This document shows, piece after piece, positions 11,273 through 23,854 of a DNA stretch of 64,000 bases (position 1 is its first letter; each line of letters starts with the position of its first letter). The stretch is from Trichoplax adhaerens (lineage: Eukaryota > Animalia > Placozoa). The stretch spans positions 2,663,836-2,727,835 of the forward strand of contig NW_002060949.1 in NCBI RefSeq assembly GCF_000150275.1, written 5' to 3'. Both the position numbers and the translations under genes were made by a program. The notes below the pieces were generated by a model, which saw only the letters and a program-made list of their open reading frames with translations, ran no database searches and had not been told where the DNA came from.

Positions 11273-12920
11273 ATGGCTAAAATTCAAGCAACCCTCGCTA
11301 TATTTAAACCAGATATAATGTTACATCCATCACGAGTTCAGGTACTACGTTGATCGTCTAGCCGATTCATGAATTACTCTAGAAATAAATAAATAATACA
11401 TTAATATACCACCAGTATAATATACTGTACGTGCACAACGAATGAAAAAGGACTACCCGCGGTAGTTTCTGTCTTTCTGATTAGTTTATGAATCTCCTGT
11501 AATCGCTGATGTGATGTATATTATTATTGCTTAGAACAAGTTGATTCAACTTCGCTAGTTGAGATGGTGAATAAATGATTGCTTGCTTTTGTTTCGCGCT
11601 TTGAACTTTCCTTAGCTATTGCTCTAGCATCTAGTAAATAATGATCAACTTGGCACGCTACTGTAATTTGTTTTTTATCACGAAACGAATACTGCATACC
11701 ACTGTTATTGTACTAGTACGTACATACACTCGTACTCCTGCTTTTGCTTAGTACAAATCGTATTCACTATCATCTTCAATAAATTTTCAATCTTTTCACA
11801 TCGCCTTGCACTCGACCATGCATGGATCGTGCCGTGCCTATTTCTGGTGACAATAGGTATGACTCGTGTCGGAAGCTATACTGTACGTATACCACTGAAC
11901 TAAAATCTCCTGTTACAATATCGATATTTGATATAGAAAATTCAGCAGCTGATAGAAAAGAATGGAATAAAAGTTTTTCGAAAAAAACCTTTAACTATGG
12001 ACGTAAATACAGCTGAAAAGTTTTACGGTGAACACCAAGGTAATCACCAATAACGTCTACCTGCTGTACGTTTATGCTACCAATATTGTATCTTCACGAA
12101 ACTATATCATTGGACAAAATTTACAATTACCTTCCAGCCCTACATTATATAATTTAAACCGTAAATCAACTTATCTGTATGGTTGATGTTGCACTTTAGG
12201 TAAATTCTTTTACCCTCGTTTAGTGAACCTAATGACAGGGTAAGAACAAGTAAATATTTCATAAATACATTTGTGCATATTTTTTTGCGGTTAGTGATGT
12301 TTCGTAAGTATTGTTCCTAGAATGAAGTATTAAACTGTAAATATTATCAATATCATTAGTTTATAAGCGCTGCTGTTAATATGCCATAAATTTCTTGCAT
12401 TTATTAGTACAATCTTTCTATTATCAATTGTACTATGAATCTTATGATTATTTGAATTATTTTATCACTTTATGATCTTGGTTTCAAGTGGACCAGCAAC
12501 TATTGCCATTTTAGTTGGTAATAATGCAATTACTCATTGGAGAGATTTAATTGGACCTTCACGTTCTCATCGGTAATTTCCATACTTTTTATCTGCTATG
12601 TTATTGTATTACGTACATACTTTTTACATTGATTGTACGTTATTCATTCATTTAACGTCAAATCTGTTAGAGCGAGAAGTAGTCACCCATCTACTATTCG
12701 AGCTATTTATGGCTTAACGGATACAAGAAATGCCGTTCATGGATCAGGTCAGTCATCAGACCCATAATTCGCACTTCTTTTTCGCCTTTATAAAATATAA
12801 TTAATATTCATAATTATATTAATAAAATTTTTAGATTCAGTAGAGTCGGCTGCTAGAGAAATCCAATTTTTCTTTCCTGAGCTCGATTATGACGATTGTG
12901 TTAAACAGTGTAAAACGTAA
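11273..12920 (+). CDS. NME6: Nucleoside diphosphate kinase 6 (group II NME), ~152 aa, 6 exons
   Basis: Exons 11273-11341, 11937-12039, 12200-12239, 12489-12572, 12671-12747, 12835-12920. Translation: TLAIFKPD..FYGEHQGKFFYPRLV..WRDLIGP..IRAIYGLTDTRNAVHGSDS..REIQFFFPE. GLTDTRN is NME6-type and the catalytic His (HGSD) is intact. Confidence 0.9.
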
Positions 12921-14064
12921 AGCCTAGCCCTGAAGACTATTCCTAAAAGCTAACTATTAGTGCTGATTGTGTTAGGTGTAAACTTCAAGTATGCATATTA
13001 ATTTACATGTACTAGTATTATTAATTATAAGTTATTATTCTCTCGTTTTCCGTTTTAATAAGCGTTATCCATTTATTATTTCTAATAGTAACTCATGCAA
13101 AGAGTACTTCTATTACTACGTATAGATACTTTCTAAGAAATTGTTGCGAGCTCTGAAAAAAGACAACGCAATATTCATATACAGATTATTTGATAGCAAT
13201 ATCGATGGAACCTATTCTGTTACTTGCAATAATTTGATTTGCTGCAGCTGATGTACCTGATCTATAGCTAAAATTAGGTGATTTTATTTCGTTTGTTTGC
13301 AGTTAGACTGCCTCAAAATGTATTACACACAAGTAATTCTATTCTAGGTAAACGGAAGAGATGACAATATTTTATAACTATTATTTTTATGAAAAATGAC
13401 GACAATTAAAATTCTATGTTACTGGCCTAAATATTAGGCTATACGCTTTAAGCTTGGTGCACCCTTGAAATGAACAAGTACCAATTTATGCACTAAATTA
13501 ATATTATTAAGTATCGTAATTTTTGACATTAATTATATAATTATTGAGGGTGTTTTGAATTAATAGTGCGAAATCAAATGCGTATATACTCATATTTAGA
13601 CTTGCTATTAGAACTATAAAACCAATATGATAATTGCCAGATCTAAAGGTCGCCATGCAACCTTTCCACCGAGAAAAACTTCAGTAAATAAACAATGTCA
13701 TCCACTAGAATCGATTCCTTGCATAATTAATTATCACCTGAAATAGAGAAAACTTATTATTTTACTGTGCTTTGTCTTTTCGGCTGTCTAAAGATTAATT
13801 CTCCAGCTGTGATAGTATGTTATATAATAGAGTTAGCTATTAGAGATAGAATAAGTATGTTTGCGAAATGACATTCTATCCTGGTACTGAAATATCTACC
13901 AGTATGTCTATTAATAGCAATATACATTACCTTACAATAGTAGGCAGTGCAGTATATTAATCACTGTTAAAGAAGCTAATATTTCAGTATCCACGAGAGC
14001 GAGGTACGAGAAAGGAGCATATTCGCGTATAAAGGCCTAAGGTTTACAAATCATCACGTCAACT

Positions 14065-15486
14065 ATGTCAAAATCAGTTATACGAAAAATCATTAAAACT
14101 GATACAGTTCCACCACCGGTTGGTCCTTACAAGTAGGTTTTCAAGACTTAATATGGTGTATACTGTACAGGAAGGGCCTATGCAATATTTTATTGCCGTA
14201 TCATGAATGACAAGCGTTATATGTAGATATTTAGACAAAACTAGTATGAAGAATTAGCTGATCATAGTGAGTGGCAGCAATATTTTAATACTATGGATTG
14301 TGTAGTTAGACTTACTGAATCGGCTACCGAGCATACGTACTTAACTGATACCATACTTAATTTTTGATTATAGCCAAGCGGTTATCTGCGACAACGTTAT
14401 GTACATTTCAGGACAGCTAGGTGTAGATGCCAAGGTTGGAATTTTAAGAAATTTAATAGCATCTGAAGTTATTTTTTACATATTGATTGTAGCTATTTCT
14501 CTGATATTAGACTAATAAGTTTGCGAGTGACAATGTTGAAGATCAAGCCAATCAGGTAAATAAATTTTACTTAGCTTTAAATAATATCACTGTAAAGCTA
14601 TAGCATTGTTTTAAATCTGTAATCTTATAGTATGAGTTCAAATCTATTTAGGCCTTGCTAAACATTGGGGGTATTCTACGCGCTGCTGGAATTACTTATA
14701 ATAATGGTTAGCTTCTAAGAATAAATTTTAACTAAAATAAGTTTAAAGTAGGTCATCGATAATATAATTTACATTTAACGACAATAATGTAAAAAATCAA
14801 TATTTCTCACTGGCTTTGATAAATTGAAATTTATTGCGAACTAATCCTACTTTATGTCCTTTCGTAGTTGTAAAAGTTACCGTGCTGCTTACCAATATGG
14901 ATGATTTCGCTACAGTTAATGGGATTTATACTAAATGTATGTATGCTTTCATCAATGATAGTACTGCCTGTTAACATTTATTCTACGATATAATTACCAG
15001 ATTTCAGCTGTTAATATTTACCTTTCTCTATATTGAACCAAATACCGTTCATTAATAGTTAAAGATAGTATAGTAGTCTTTTCAAATACGTTTATCATGT
15101 ATGTAAGGTAAATTCTAACTATAAAATATCACAGGATCAAATTGTTATAGGATATTTATAAGCAGATACGAGATTAGTAGAAAATAATAAACTGCTGCAA
15201 TATATAATTTTACTAATGGAGCTAGTGTTATGTTTTAACATTTAACTAGTTTTTAAAAGTAATTATCCAGCTAGAGTGGCATATCAAGTTTCCAAACTCC
15301 CCAAAGTAAGAGAAAATTTGAAACACATTCATTTTCTTACGTATCGTATTATGATATAAACTTCGGCCATAGGGTAACTAACCATCGAATCATTATCATC
15401 ATTTTTAACAGGGTGCAAAAGTTGAAATGGAAGCAATAGCAAGCACTGCAGAGATTGTGGACGATCAAGTTAAAGCTAAGCTTTAA
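14065..15486 (+). CDS. RIDA: RidA/YjgF/UK114 2-iminobutanoate/2-iminopropanoate deaminase, paralogue 1 (142 aa, C-terminal -AKL)
   Basis: Exons 14065-14132, 14374-14434, 14511-14555, 14652-14706, 14868-14936, 15250-15305, 15412-15486. Translation: PVGPYNQAV..YISGQLG..VVKVTVLLTNMDDFATVN..YPARVAYQVSKLPKGAKVEMEAIA..VKAKL*. Confidence 0.92.
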
Positions 15487-15621
15487 ATACCAGATTGAAA
15501 GTTGCTTTAATTTCTCCGTTGATGGAGGAGAACATGAAATGAGAAAAAATGTTCGACTGGTTTATGATTGCAGTCGTAATTTTTATTTTTATTCCATTCA
15601 TACTGCTGTAAAATGACACAA

Positions 15622-15728
15622 NNNNNNNNNNNNNNNNNNNNNNNNNNNNNNNNNNNNNNNNNNNNNNNNNNNNNNNNNNNNNNNNNNNNNNNNNNNNNNN
15701 NNNNNNNNNNNNNNNNNNNNNNNNNNNN
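15622..15728. other. Assembly gap (N run)
   Basis: 107 N bases; the true size is unknown. Confidence 1.
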
Positions 15729-16592
15729 CCTAAGGGTTGTAATATTAGTTAAGGATAAATACTATGTATTTTTAAACGAATTTTTGGCTAACGATTATAA
15801 CATCAACTGAGTCATATTTTACTCTTGAGAAGAGCACAGAAATTCTGTATTCGTGAATTAAGCCTGGATGGCGTAAAATATGCTGTTGCGTAATGAATTG
15901 AAGGGTAGATTCAATAACTATCCTAGGCAATAAGGAAAAAATTAGGGATTTCTCAAAACAGGTACTGTATACAGTACACTAAATGGTACGATATGCAGAC
16001 GCGTAAAGATAGCTACTTATAATTAATAGATTCCATGGTACTACCATAGAACTTAGAAGAAGGCCTGGTCCGGGGTCGAAAGCCTTCATTTTCCGTCAAA
16101 TTTATAGTAAAAGGGACGATGGATATCCTTTGATTTTTAACGTATTTCTACTAGAAAATTTACCATTTTAACGTTCAAGCTGTACTGCTTTTGTGATTGT
16201 ATTTTAATCTTGGCTAATATGGTAGTCTCATAACTGATTTGATATGGTAAGCTCCATATTAACGCTTAAAATTAAAAGCATGATCGAGGTTTCTTTAATT
16301 AGCAAGAGCAGTTTATCAGGTTCCTCTCAATCAAATTTTATAAAGATTGACTTTAGCTTTTTATGTGTTTTTATAAGCCTCCTCATTCCTCTATCCTCAA
16401 GGAAGAAATTCTGTATGAGTCGGCCGTTCCTTCCAGTAGTCCATGACTGTACCGTACTGTACGCGTGCGTAGCGAATTTAATACTAATAGTACTGTAGTT
16501 GTGCCCCATAGCTAGGACCCCTTTCTTTATTTATTGAGGTAGGAAAGGGATCGACTTTCCTTTGGCTTTTCGAACCGCTCTGAAAATCCAAC

Positions 16593-18548
16593 ATGTCTCT
16601 TGCTCGTACTGTAATTAAGACGGCCATGGCGCCAGGGGCTATAGGTCCATACAGGTAATATGAGATAATGTAAAATCCATGTTTGATGACAGATGTTAAT
16701 TAATAGCCGTGTTGACGAGTATTTCATTGTAAACAAATTTATTCTTCTGCAGTCAAGCCCTCAAGGTGGGTAATACCTTGTATCTTTCTGGCCAAATTGG
16801 ATTATCACCTGAGGTACGTGACATTGTGCTACAAAGTCAAGGAAATTCCCAGTATGCTATCAATTGGAGTTCATAGACGATAGATTCTTATACTTCGATT
16901 GTGACTAGATGACTACCTAGCAGGAATGTTGCTAATGAAAATGGCAGCTTTTTCCGTTTCTAAATTTCGTGTTATGCTTATTTTACAGAGTAACGAATTT
17001 GCTGGACCGGATGTAGAAGCACAAACAAATCAAGTTAGTTAGTGCATGACTGCAATTATAATTATTAACAGCGCAGTGAAAGCTAAGCAGAGCTTAAAAT
17101 TGCAATTGATAATGAAAGTATCATGATAATCATACTGTAGAGTGAGTAGTATAATTATTATTAAATAATTAAAATCATTCGTACTGAGACAGTATCTAAT
17201 ACCCTTTTACATACCGTAGCACGCTTCCGTAGGCAAATTTCGTTAAATTGAATACATAATGTGCGTTTTATAAATCGATTATAATATAATTGAATAAACT
17301 GCAATACTAATAAAACGGAATTTGAAAACCACCGTTTACCGCTTGCAGCTTGCAATATCGTCCGTTTAACTGAATCCCATTTCACCTTTCTATTGCAGGC
17401 TTTACAAAACATTCGTGCAGTGTTGAAGGAAGCAGGATCTTCATTCAAAGACGGTTAGCTATGCTGTTATGAAATTTTGCTACTAATACTTTACATCCAA
17501 CGACGTAATAAAGTACAGTTTGGATGCGGTTAATTAAATAAAATCTGAAATGTTGCGGAGAGCATATACTATGTATATACATACGACATGTGTAAATATA
17601 TGTGTAAAATGACGTATATTAATAAAAGTACTCTGGCATTTTAGTTAAGTCAAGTTGCTAGACAGAAGACTATCTCGTAACCATGTTTATTATAGTGTTA
17701 TATAGTAAAGCACCCTTTCTGAATACGTTCACTTAGATTTACTGTAGGTATCGATTATCTGTTACATTTAATGAGACAATGAATGTTTCTAGTATTAAAT
17801 AGACTTATTGATAAAAAAACGGGTAGATATTAATTCAGAGTTAATACGGTTGGATGTTGCATTAATGATAATTCTTATTGAATTACAGTTGTCAAAACAA
17901 CTATCCTGCTTGCGGACATAAATGATTTCGCGACGGTAAACAAAATTTATGCCCAATGTAAGTTATTACTTTAATGTTAAATGAATTCAGCTAATAATGT
18001 TGCACTTAGTTACAAAAAGCTTAGCAATTTATTGCTATTTTCTCCTCATAGTACATATTCTGTGGCTAACTTTATATACATGTGGTTTTGTACTGTCCGC
18101 TAATGATGTAGCTTTAAAAAACTGTTTTAATACTGTACTGTATATCTTATAGGCTAGAAACAGTAACACAAGCTTTTCTTAAGATACCTTGTTTCATACG
18201 TATATTTAGTTGTATTAAATTTACAGTAGTTAATTATATGATGTCGTTTCAATTTAAAATTTTAACACTGACATTGTAACATCTATAGATTTCTCTGAAC
18301 CTTATCCTGCTCGTGCAGCTTATGAATGTTCAAAATTACCGAAGGTATATGTCTAAGTGACTACTAAGTATGATAGCATTCTATTAGAAAGCGAAGAAAC
18401 AAATAATTTTTGGAGCTCTGAAGATTCACAATTCATTCTATTAGTCGAATGATTTTAGGAAATGATTCAAACATCTGTTTATTTATTTACTGTATTATAG
18501 CTTGCTAGGATTGAAATAGAAGCAATTGCGGTTCTTGACCAAGTGTAA
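16593..18548 (+). CDS. RIDA: RidA/YjgF/UK114 deaminase, paralogue 2 (131 aa)
   Basis: Exons 16593-16654, 16753-16813, 16989-17033, 17399-17453, 17889-17957, 18289-18344, 18501-18548. Translation: APGAIGPYSQA..LYLSGQIG..VVKTTILLADINDFATVN..YPARAAYECSKLPKLARIEIEAIAVLDQV*. Confidence 0.92.
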
Positions 18549-18875
18549 GATAAGGAATTGTTGGACAGCGCGGTCTGATTGGTAGCACTTTGGGATTATG
18601 AAATAAAGCATTCCTTACCATAATGTCACGTAAATCATTAACATACGTAAAATATTTAGGGAATAGTGACATAAGCTATATTAACGTAATCCAAAAAGTA
18701 AAATGTTAAAGATTATGGTAATATAAGCGTCTGTGTTTCTTATAAGAATCGCTTCAATAAACGTCCGATTATCAAGATCTAACATAATTGCTACACCAAC
18801 TGATTAATTCATAATAAAAAGACTTCAAAATTGAGCTATGTGCTTCTCGTTCATGAAATTTGAGCACAAGTTACT

Positions 18876-21800
18876 TCACTTCAGAGAAGCCGGGCGCAAC
18901 TGGAATAGAGTTTCAATGATTGACGAATCTGCCATTGTAGAAATATCACCCAATTGGTGATCATTACGAGCAATCTTTCTCAAAACGCGGCGCATAATCT
19001 TTCCCGAACGAGTTTTAGGTAATCCAGGGGCATCTTGAATGTAATCCGGTACAGCGATAGACCCAATCTTTTGTCGTACTAAAAAGAAATGAAAGCACCG
19101 ATTAAATATATAAAACAACAGTAATACAGTACATTGTTGGTATAAGTATACCAGAGTAGCTATTACGCGTGAGAAAGGGAAGACGCTTAATATTTAACAA
19201 AATTATGATATTATCTAACTGTGTTACAAAATAATTCACTTTCTAAGTCAAAATTTGATGTAATGATTATTAGCTCTATGTATTTTATACCTTGTTGCTT
19301 AAGTTGAACGACTACTTCATCACTAAATTCAGCTCCCTATTTAATAAAATAGATTGTATTAACAGGCATAAGTGTTCGATCTTGGGAAATGTTACAAGAT
19401 TTTAGATGCCACTAATAATTTACCGAAGTAGGCAAGACAAACCTTTATTAGGGTTAGAAATGCGTATAAGCATTGACCTTTGATTTCGTGTGGATAAGAA
19501 ACCTGGAAGTAATTAAAGTAATACGACATCACCATATATGCGGTAGGGTGCACTTATAAGATGAAGCAGGAGACATTAAGTATGCTTAAACATACCACAG
19601 CAGCTTCTGCTACGAGATCGTGCTCGATTAATGCACTTTCAACTTGAGCAGTGCTTGTTAAGTGACCAGATACATTAATACAATCATCAATACGTCCAGT
19701 AATCCAAAAATATCCATCCTTATCTCTAAAGCAACCTAGGTCACAATTACAATATATAGTAGTATTACTCAAACTTTCACACTTATCGATGGGTAAATTA
19801 CAAATACAATAGTATCAATAGCGAAAAGTTATATGTAAAACATTAAGAAATAGAATGTACCATCGCCAGTGCAATAATATCCATCAAATTTTCCAAAATA
19901 TGTATTTTCATAGCGCTCATGGTCACCGTAAACTGTACGCATGGTACTTGGCCATGCCTGGCTAATAGCCTATATGAAACAAATTTATTAACATCTTAAT
20001 ATGTCATTACCAACTACAAGTAGACTTGAATAGGGATATACAAACCAGATATCCTTCACTCTGCCCTTGTACTTCATTGCCATCTTCATTTAAAACGACC
20101 GGCTTGATACCAAAGAATGGGAAACACTAACAAGATAATTTTACATCCCTTTGAATATATTCTTGAGTCAACAGTAATAGTGCAATGATGACACAAGAAT
20201 TGTCAGTTGATATTTTATAAAATGATCACCTACCACAGATCCAGGCTTCATGGGTGTACAACCTGGAAGTGGGGTAAGAACATGCCCACCTGTTTCGGTC
20301 TGCCAAAACGTATCAGAAATAGAGCATTCTCCATTACCAATAACTTCATAATAGAAACGCCAAGCTTCCGGATTAAGAGGTTCTCCCACAGATCCAAGCA
20401 CCTTTAATGTCTTACGACTGTACCTAAAATGAATCGAATGGTTGCAATCAGTAGTATCACTTTTGAAAACATGAAGCATTGAAAATAGTTACAGTACTTT
20501 TTCACATAATCAGGACCAAATCTCATGAGGGAACGAATTGCTGTTGGAGCAGTATAAAATTTAGAAACTTTATACTTGTCTACAATATCCCAGTAGCGAC
20601 CAGCATCTGGGTATACGGGCAATCCTTCAAACTATGAAATAATATGTTCTTCAGTTGTCATACTATGATAGCACAGTTAAAAATAAAGACTACTGACCAC
20701 AATACTTGGGGCACCGTTAGCGAGAGGGCCATAAACGACGTAACTATGTCCAGTAATCCAACCAACATCAGCAGTACAGAAGTAGACATCTCCATGATGA
20801 TAATCAAATGAATATCTACAGGAATTTTGTAATACCAACGGTTATTGGAAATACACATAGGAAATTATTCTTAAATTAGAGTTCAATTCTAACAGATTTA
20901 CTAACTTAAATGTTGTCGCAGCATATAAAAGGTAACCGGCTTGAGTATGAACAACTCCCTTAGGTTTGCCAGTCGATCCACTGAAACGTAAATTACAAAT
21001 GTATAACGATTTTGGTTTCAAACATCACAGCTTTAACTAGTGTATGGAGAAAAGATTACCTAGTATATAAAAGAAATAAAGGATCTTCGGCATCGAGCCA
21101 CTCAGGTTCGCATTCATCTGAAACATTGGCAACTTCTTCATGCCACCAACAATCTAATTCTTCATTCCATCCGATCTACGTTCAAGCAATTGATAAGTCT
21201 TACCATTAACAACCCAAATTGTAATTATGTGATTATAACATCTTTGCATTTGCACTCACAGCCACATTTGATGGTCGTTTTGGTGGTTCCTGAGGTCCTT
21301 TTTTGTCTAAATCCTCTAACAAATGTCTGACAACTATGCAGCATTTTAACGAGTAATTCCTAAAATATCGGTGGACAAGAAAGTAAAGCATTAATTTAAT
21401 CTTCAATAAAGCTGTAACTCTAACAATACCAACTTACCTATCTTTCAGAATTTGGAAAGCCTGATCAGCAATACTCTTCAGTTCTATTAATTTCTTCCCT
21501 CTGTATAAACCGTCTGCAAGAAACCAACTTACAATTTTAGCGGAGCAGTGCTTACGTCTTGCTTACTAGCATTTGACAATTAACTGACCTGCAGTGACAA
21601 GGAGACAACATTTCGAATCCAGTATTCTATCAACTAGTGATTCCGCTGAAAATCCACCAAACTGGAATATACAAATACAAAATAAGACTAAATTTCGTAA
21701 AAATTACGTATACTGTACAGGCTATCATAACAATACACTACTGCATATAACATATACGACATTATAGAGATATTCATGCTAAATCGCATAATGTAACTAA

Positions 21801-23854
21801 GCCGTGCTAAAGATTTCACTAACCACAACAGAGTGTGGTGCACCAATTCTTGCACATGCCAAGACAGCTATTGGTAGTTCAAGTATCATGGGCATATAGA
21901 TAGCAACGTGGTCACCTTTCTTGACACCTGAATTATGGAAGTTTGTGATATTTATTTATGACACAACGACATGCTTGTTTAACATTGCAGTAGCATTAAT
22001 AATTAAATAGCTTAATAATATGATATTGCTAATTCTTAAAGCTTTCGATTATAGTACCTTTAGCCTTTAGAACGTTGGCAAATTGGCAAACTCGGCGTTT
22101 TAGCTCACTATAGGTAACCTTAGAGTCGTCACCTGGTTCGTTTCCTTCCCTACATACGGTATATGGGTAATGGATAAATAAGTTGTGAAGGAGTGATGTA
22201 CATCGTCAAAGTCATGTGTGGATACTCAATTTCTGACATCCATGCGATAATCTGCGCATTTGGATTAGGCCGTGATGAATATTAGATTGCAGTAAAAGAG
22301 TACATAAAATCTACGATTATATTACAGTGAAAGCATACGCAGTTGATGTTAAGATAGTCAAGTCCGAAGTGGTGTACTGCTCGGTTGGAAATGAATTCTG
22401 ATCACTACTCGATATCTCAATGAAAAAGTCAGTGACTGAGGTTAGCAGATGAGGCATTTACTCGTATGTACGCGTACGCTTTTACTTATATTTAGAAAAA
22501 ATATACAGCTAAAAATGCAAATATTGCATAAACGCAGTTGCAATAATAACAATTGACTATAAAAATGATTTATAACGATTATGATAGCATATTAATATAT
22601 GTATATCGCAATGATTTGTACGCTAATTTTGTACACGTGGAACAAACAATTTTCTATATATAAACCTGATCGTTCACGTAAAGTCTAAAATAAACAGGAT
22701 TTCGGCTTAACAGTTTATATTCAGTGTTACGGTGTGGCGATTGGCTATTATTTATTATCATTATAAGTTGGGTCGAAAAGCACGGAGTAAGAGTTAAATT
22801 GCTATTTTCCAGTACCGTTTAAGCACTATAGTAGTGTTTTTTAGTACTAGTTTAATTTTAATTGATTTGAATACCGTAGTCGAAATTAAGCTGGAGGTAA
22901 ATTAATTAATAGTTAGCAAATGATCTAGTAGTAAAAGTCAGCTACTAAGGTGATTATAATTTGCAATTTTATACCTTGTCATGGAAATCGTCACGATTTA
23001 ACAAGAGTATAGGATAGCTTATTTAGATTCGAAATGATATTGTGTTTCAATCGTCATGCAATTACAAGGTTGTTAATTGCTACTATGTACAGTTACTGCA
23101 GTGGTTTCGTCCATTGGTAGGATGGATCGCGAGAATACTACCATATTATTGCAATAGTCCCTGTACTATAGATACTATATGTGGAGTGATATCGTTCTAT
23201 GAACTTATATCCTTGTTATATCATTGTAAATAGTAACTAATTGTATCGGATGCATGGCTTAAGTTTAACAACTCTATCTATTATGCCCAGTATGGATAGT
23301 TAATCCGATAGTGCTACAGTAGGGCATAGCTACACTATAGAGCTAAAAATGCAGGACTACTTTGTGGATGATTTTGGCGACGGCACGTTGCTTACGCAAT
23401 GCAAAGACGATCATCAAGCATAGTTGAGAGGTGAGTTGGTTAATAAATAATACTAAACAACTACTCTATGTAATGCAAGATTGCATACTACTTAAGCAAC
23501 GTATTTAGATAGTGATGATTACCAGTAGAAAGCAACGTTATCACCAAGGCCATTTTCAATATTGCGATCAATAACATTATAACAGACGTTGGTTTTGATA
23601 CCCTCCATAAACTTGATGAAAATTCTGCCGTTACTTTTACTAAAGTTGTAATCGAATACTCTGCCTTCTGGTGCACCTTTCCAATAGAATTGTTTAGCTA
23701 TATCGCCCCAAAAAGCAACTGGATCGTTGATACTCCTATCATACATCTTACGATATTCCTCCATGCTCTTAACATGAGCTTCAGCAACAACTCTTGGACT
23801 TGGAGGATAAACCGGTCCCAAGGCTGATTTTTCAATATCTGCAATGTCTACCAT
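18876..23854 (-). CDS. ACSS2: Acetyl-CoA synthetase, ACSS2 (cytosolic/nuclear) type, multi-exon
   Basis: Motifs include [57 protein letters not shown] and [11 protein letters not shown]. There is no N-terminal mitochondrial-type extension, and an ACSS2-like insertion (..[22 protein letters not shown]) is present. First exon is 23854-23523. Confidence 0.92.

Noticed and set aside
16058-16087. GAAGGC..GCCTTC hairpin upstream of RidA-2
   Set aside because: A single 6-bp stem with no recognisable RNA family features; expected by chance.
14065-18548. Two RidA genes as an assembly artefact across the N gap
   Set aside because: The proteins differ at many positions and the introns show no evident similarity, which is not compatible with allelic copies.
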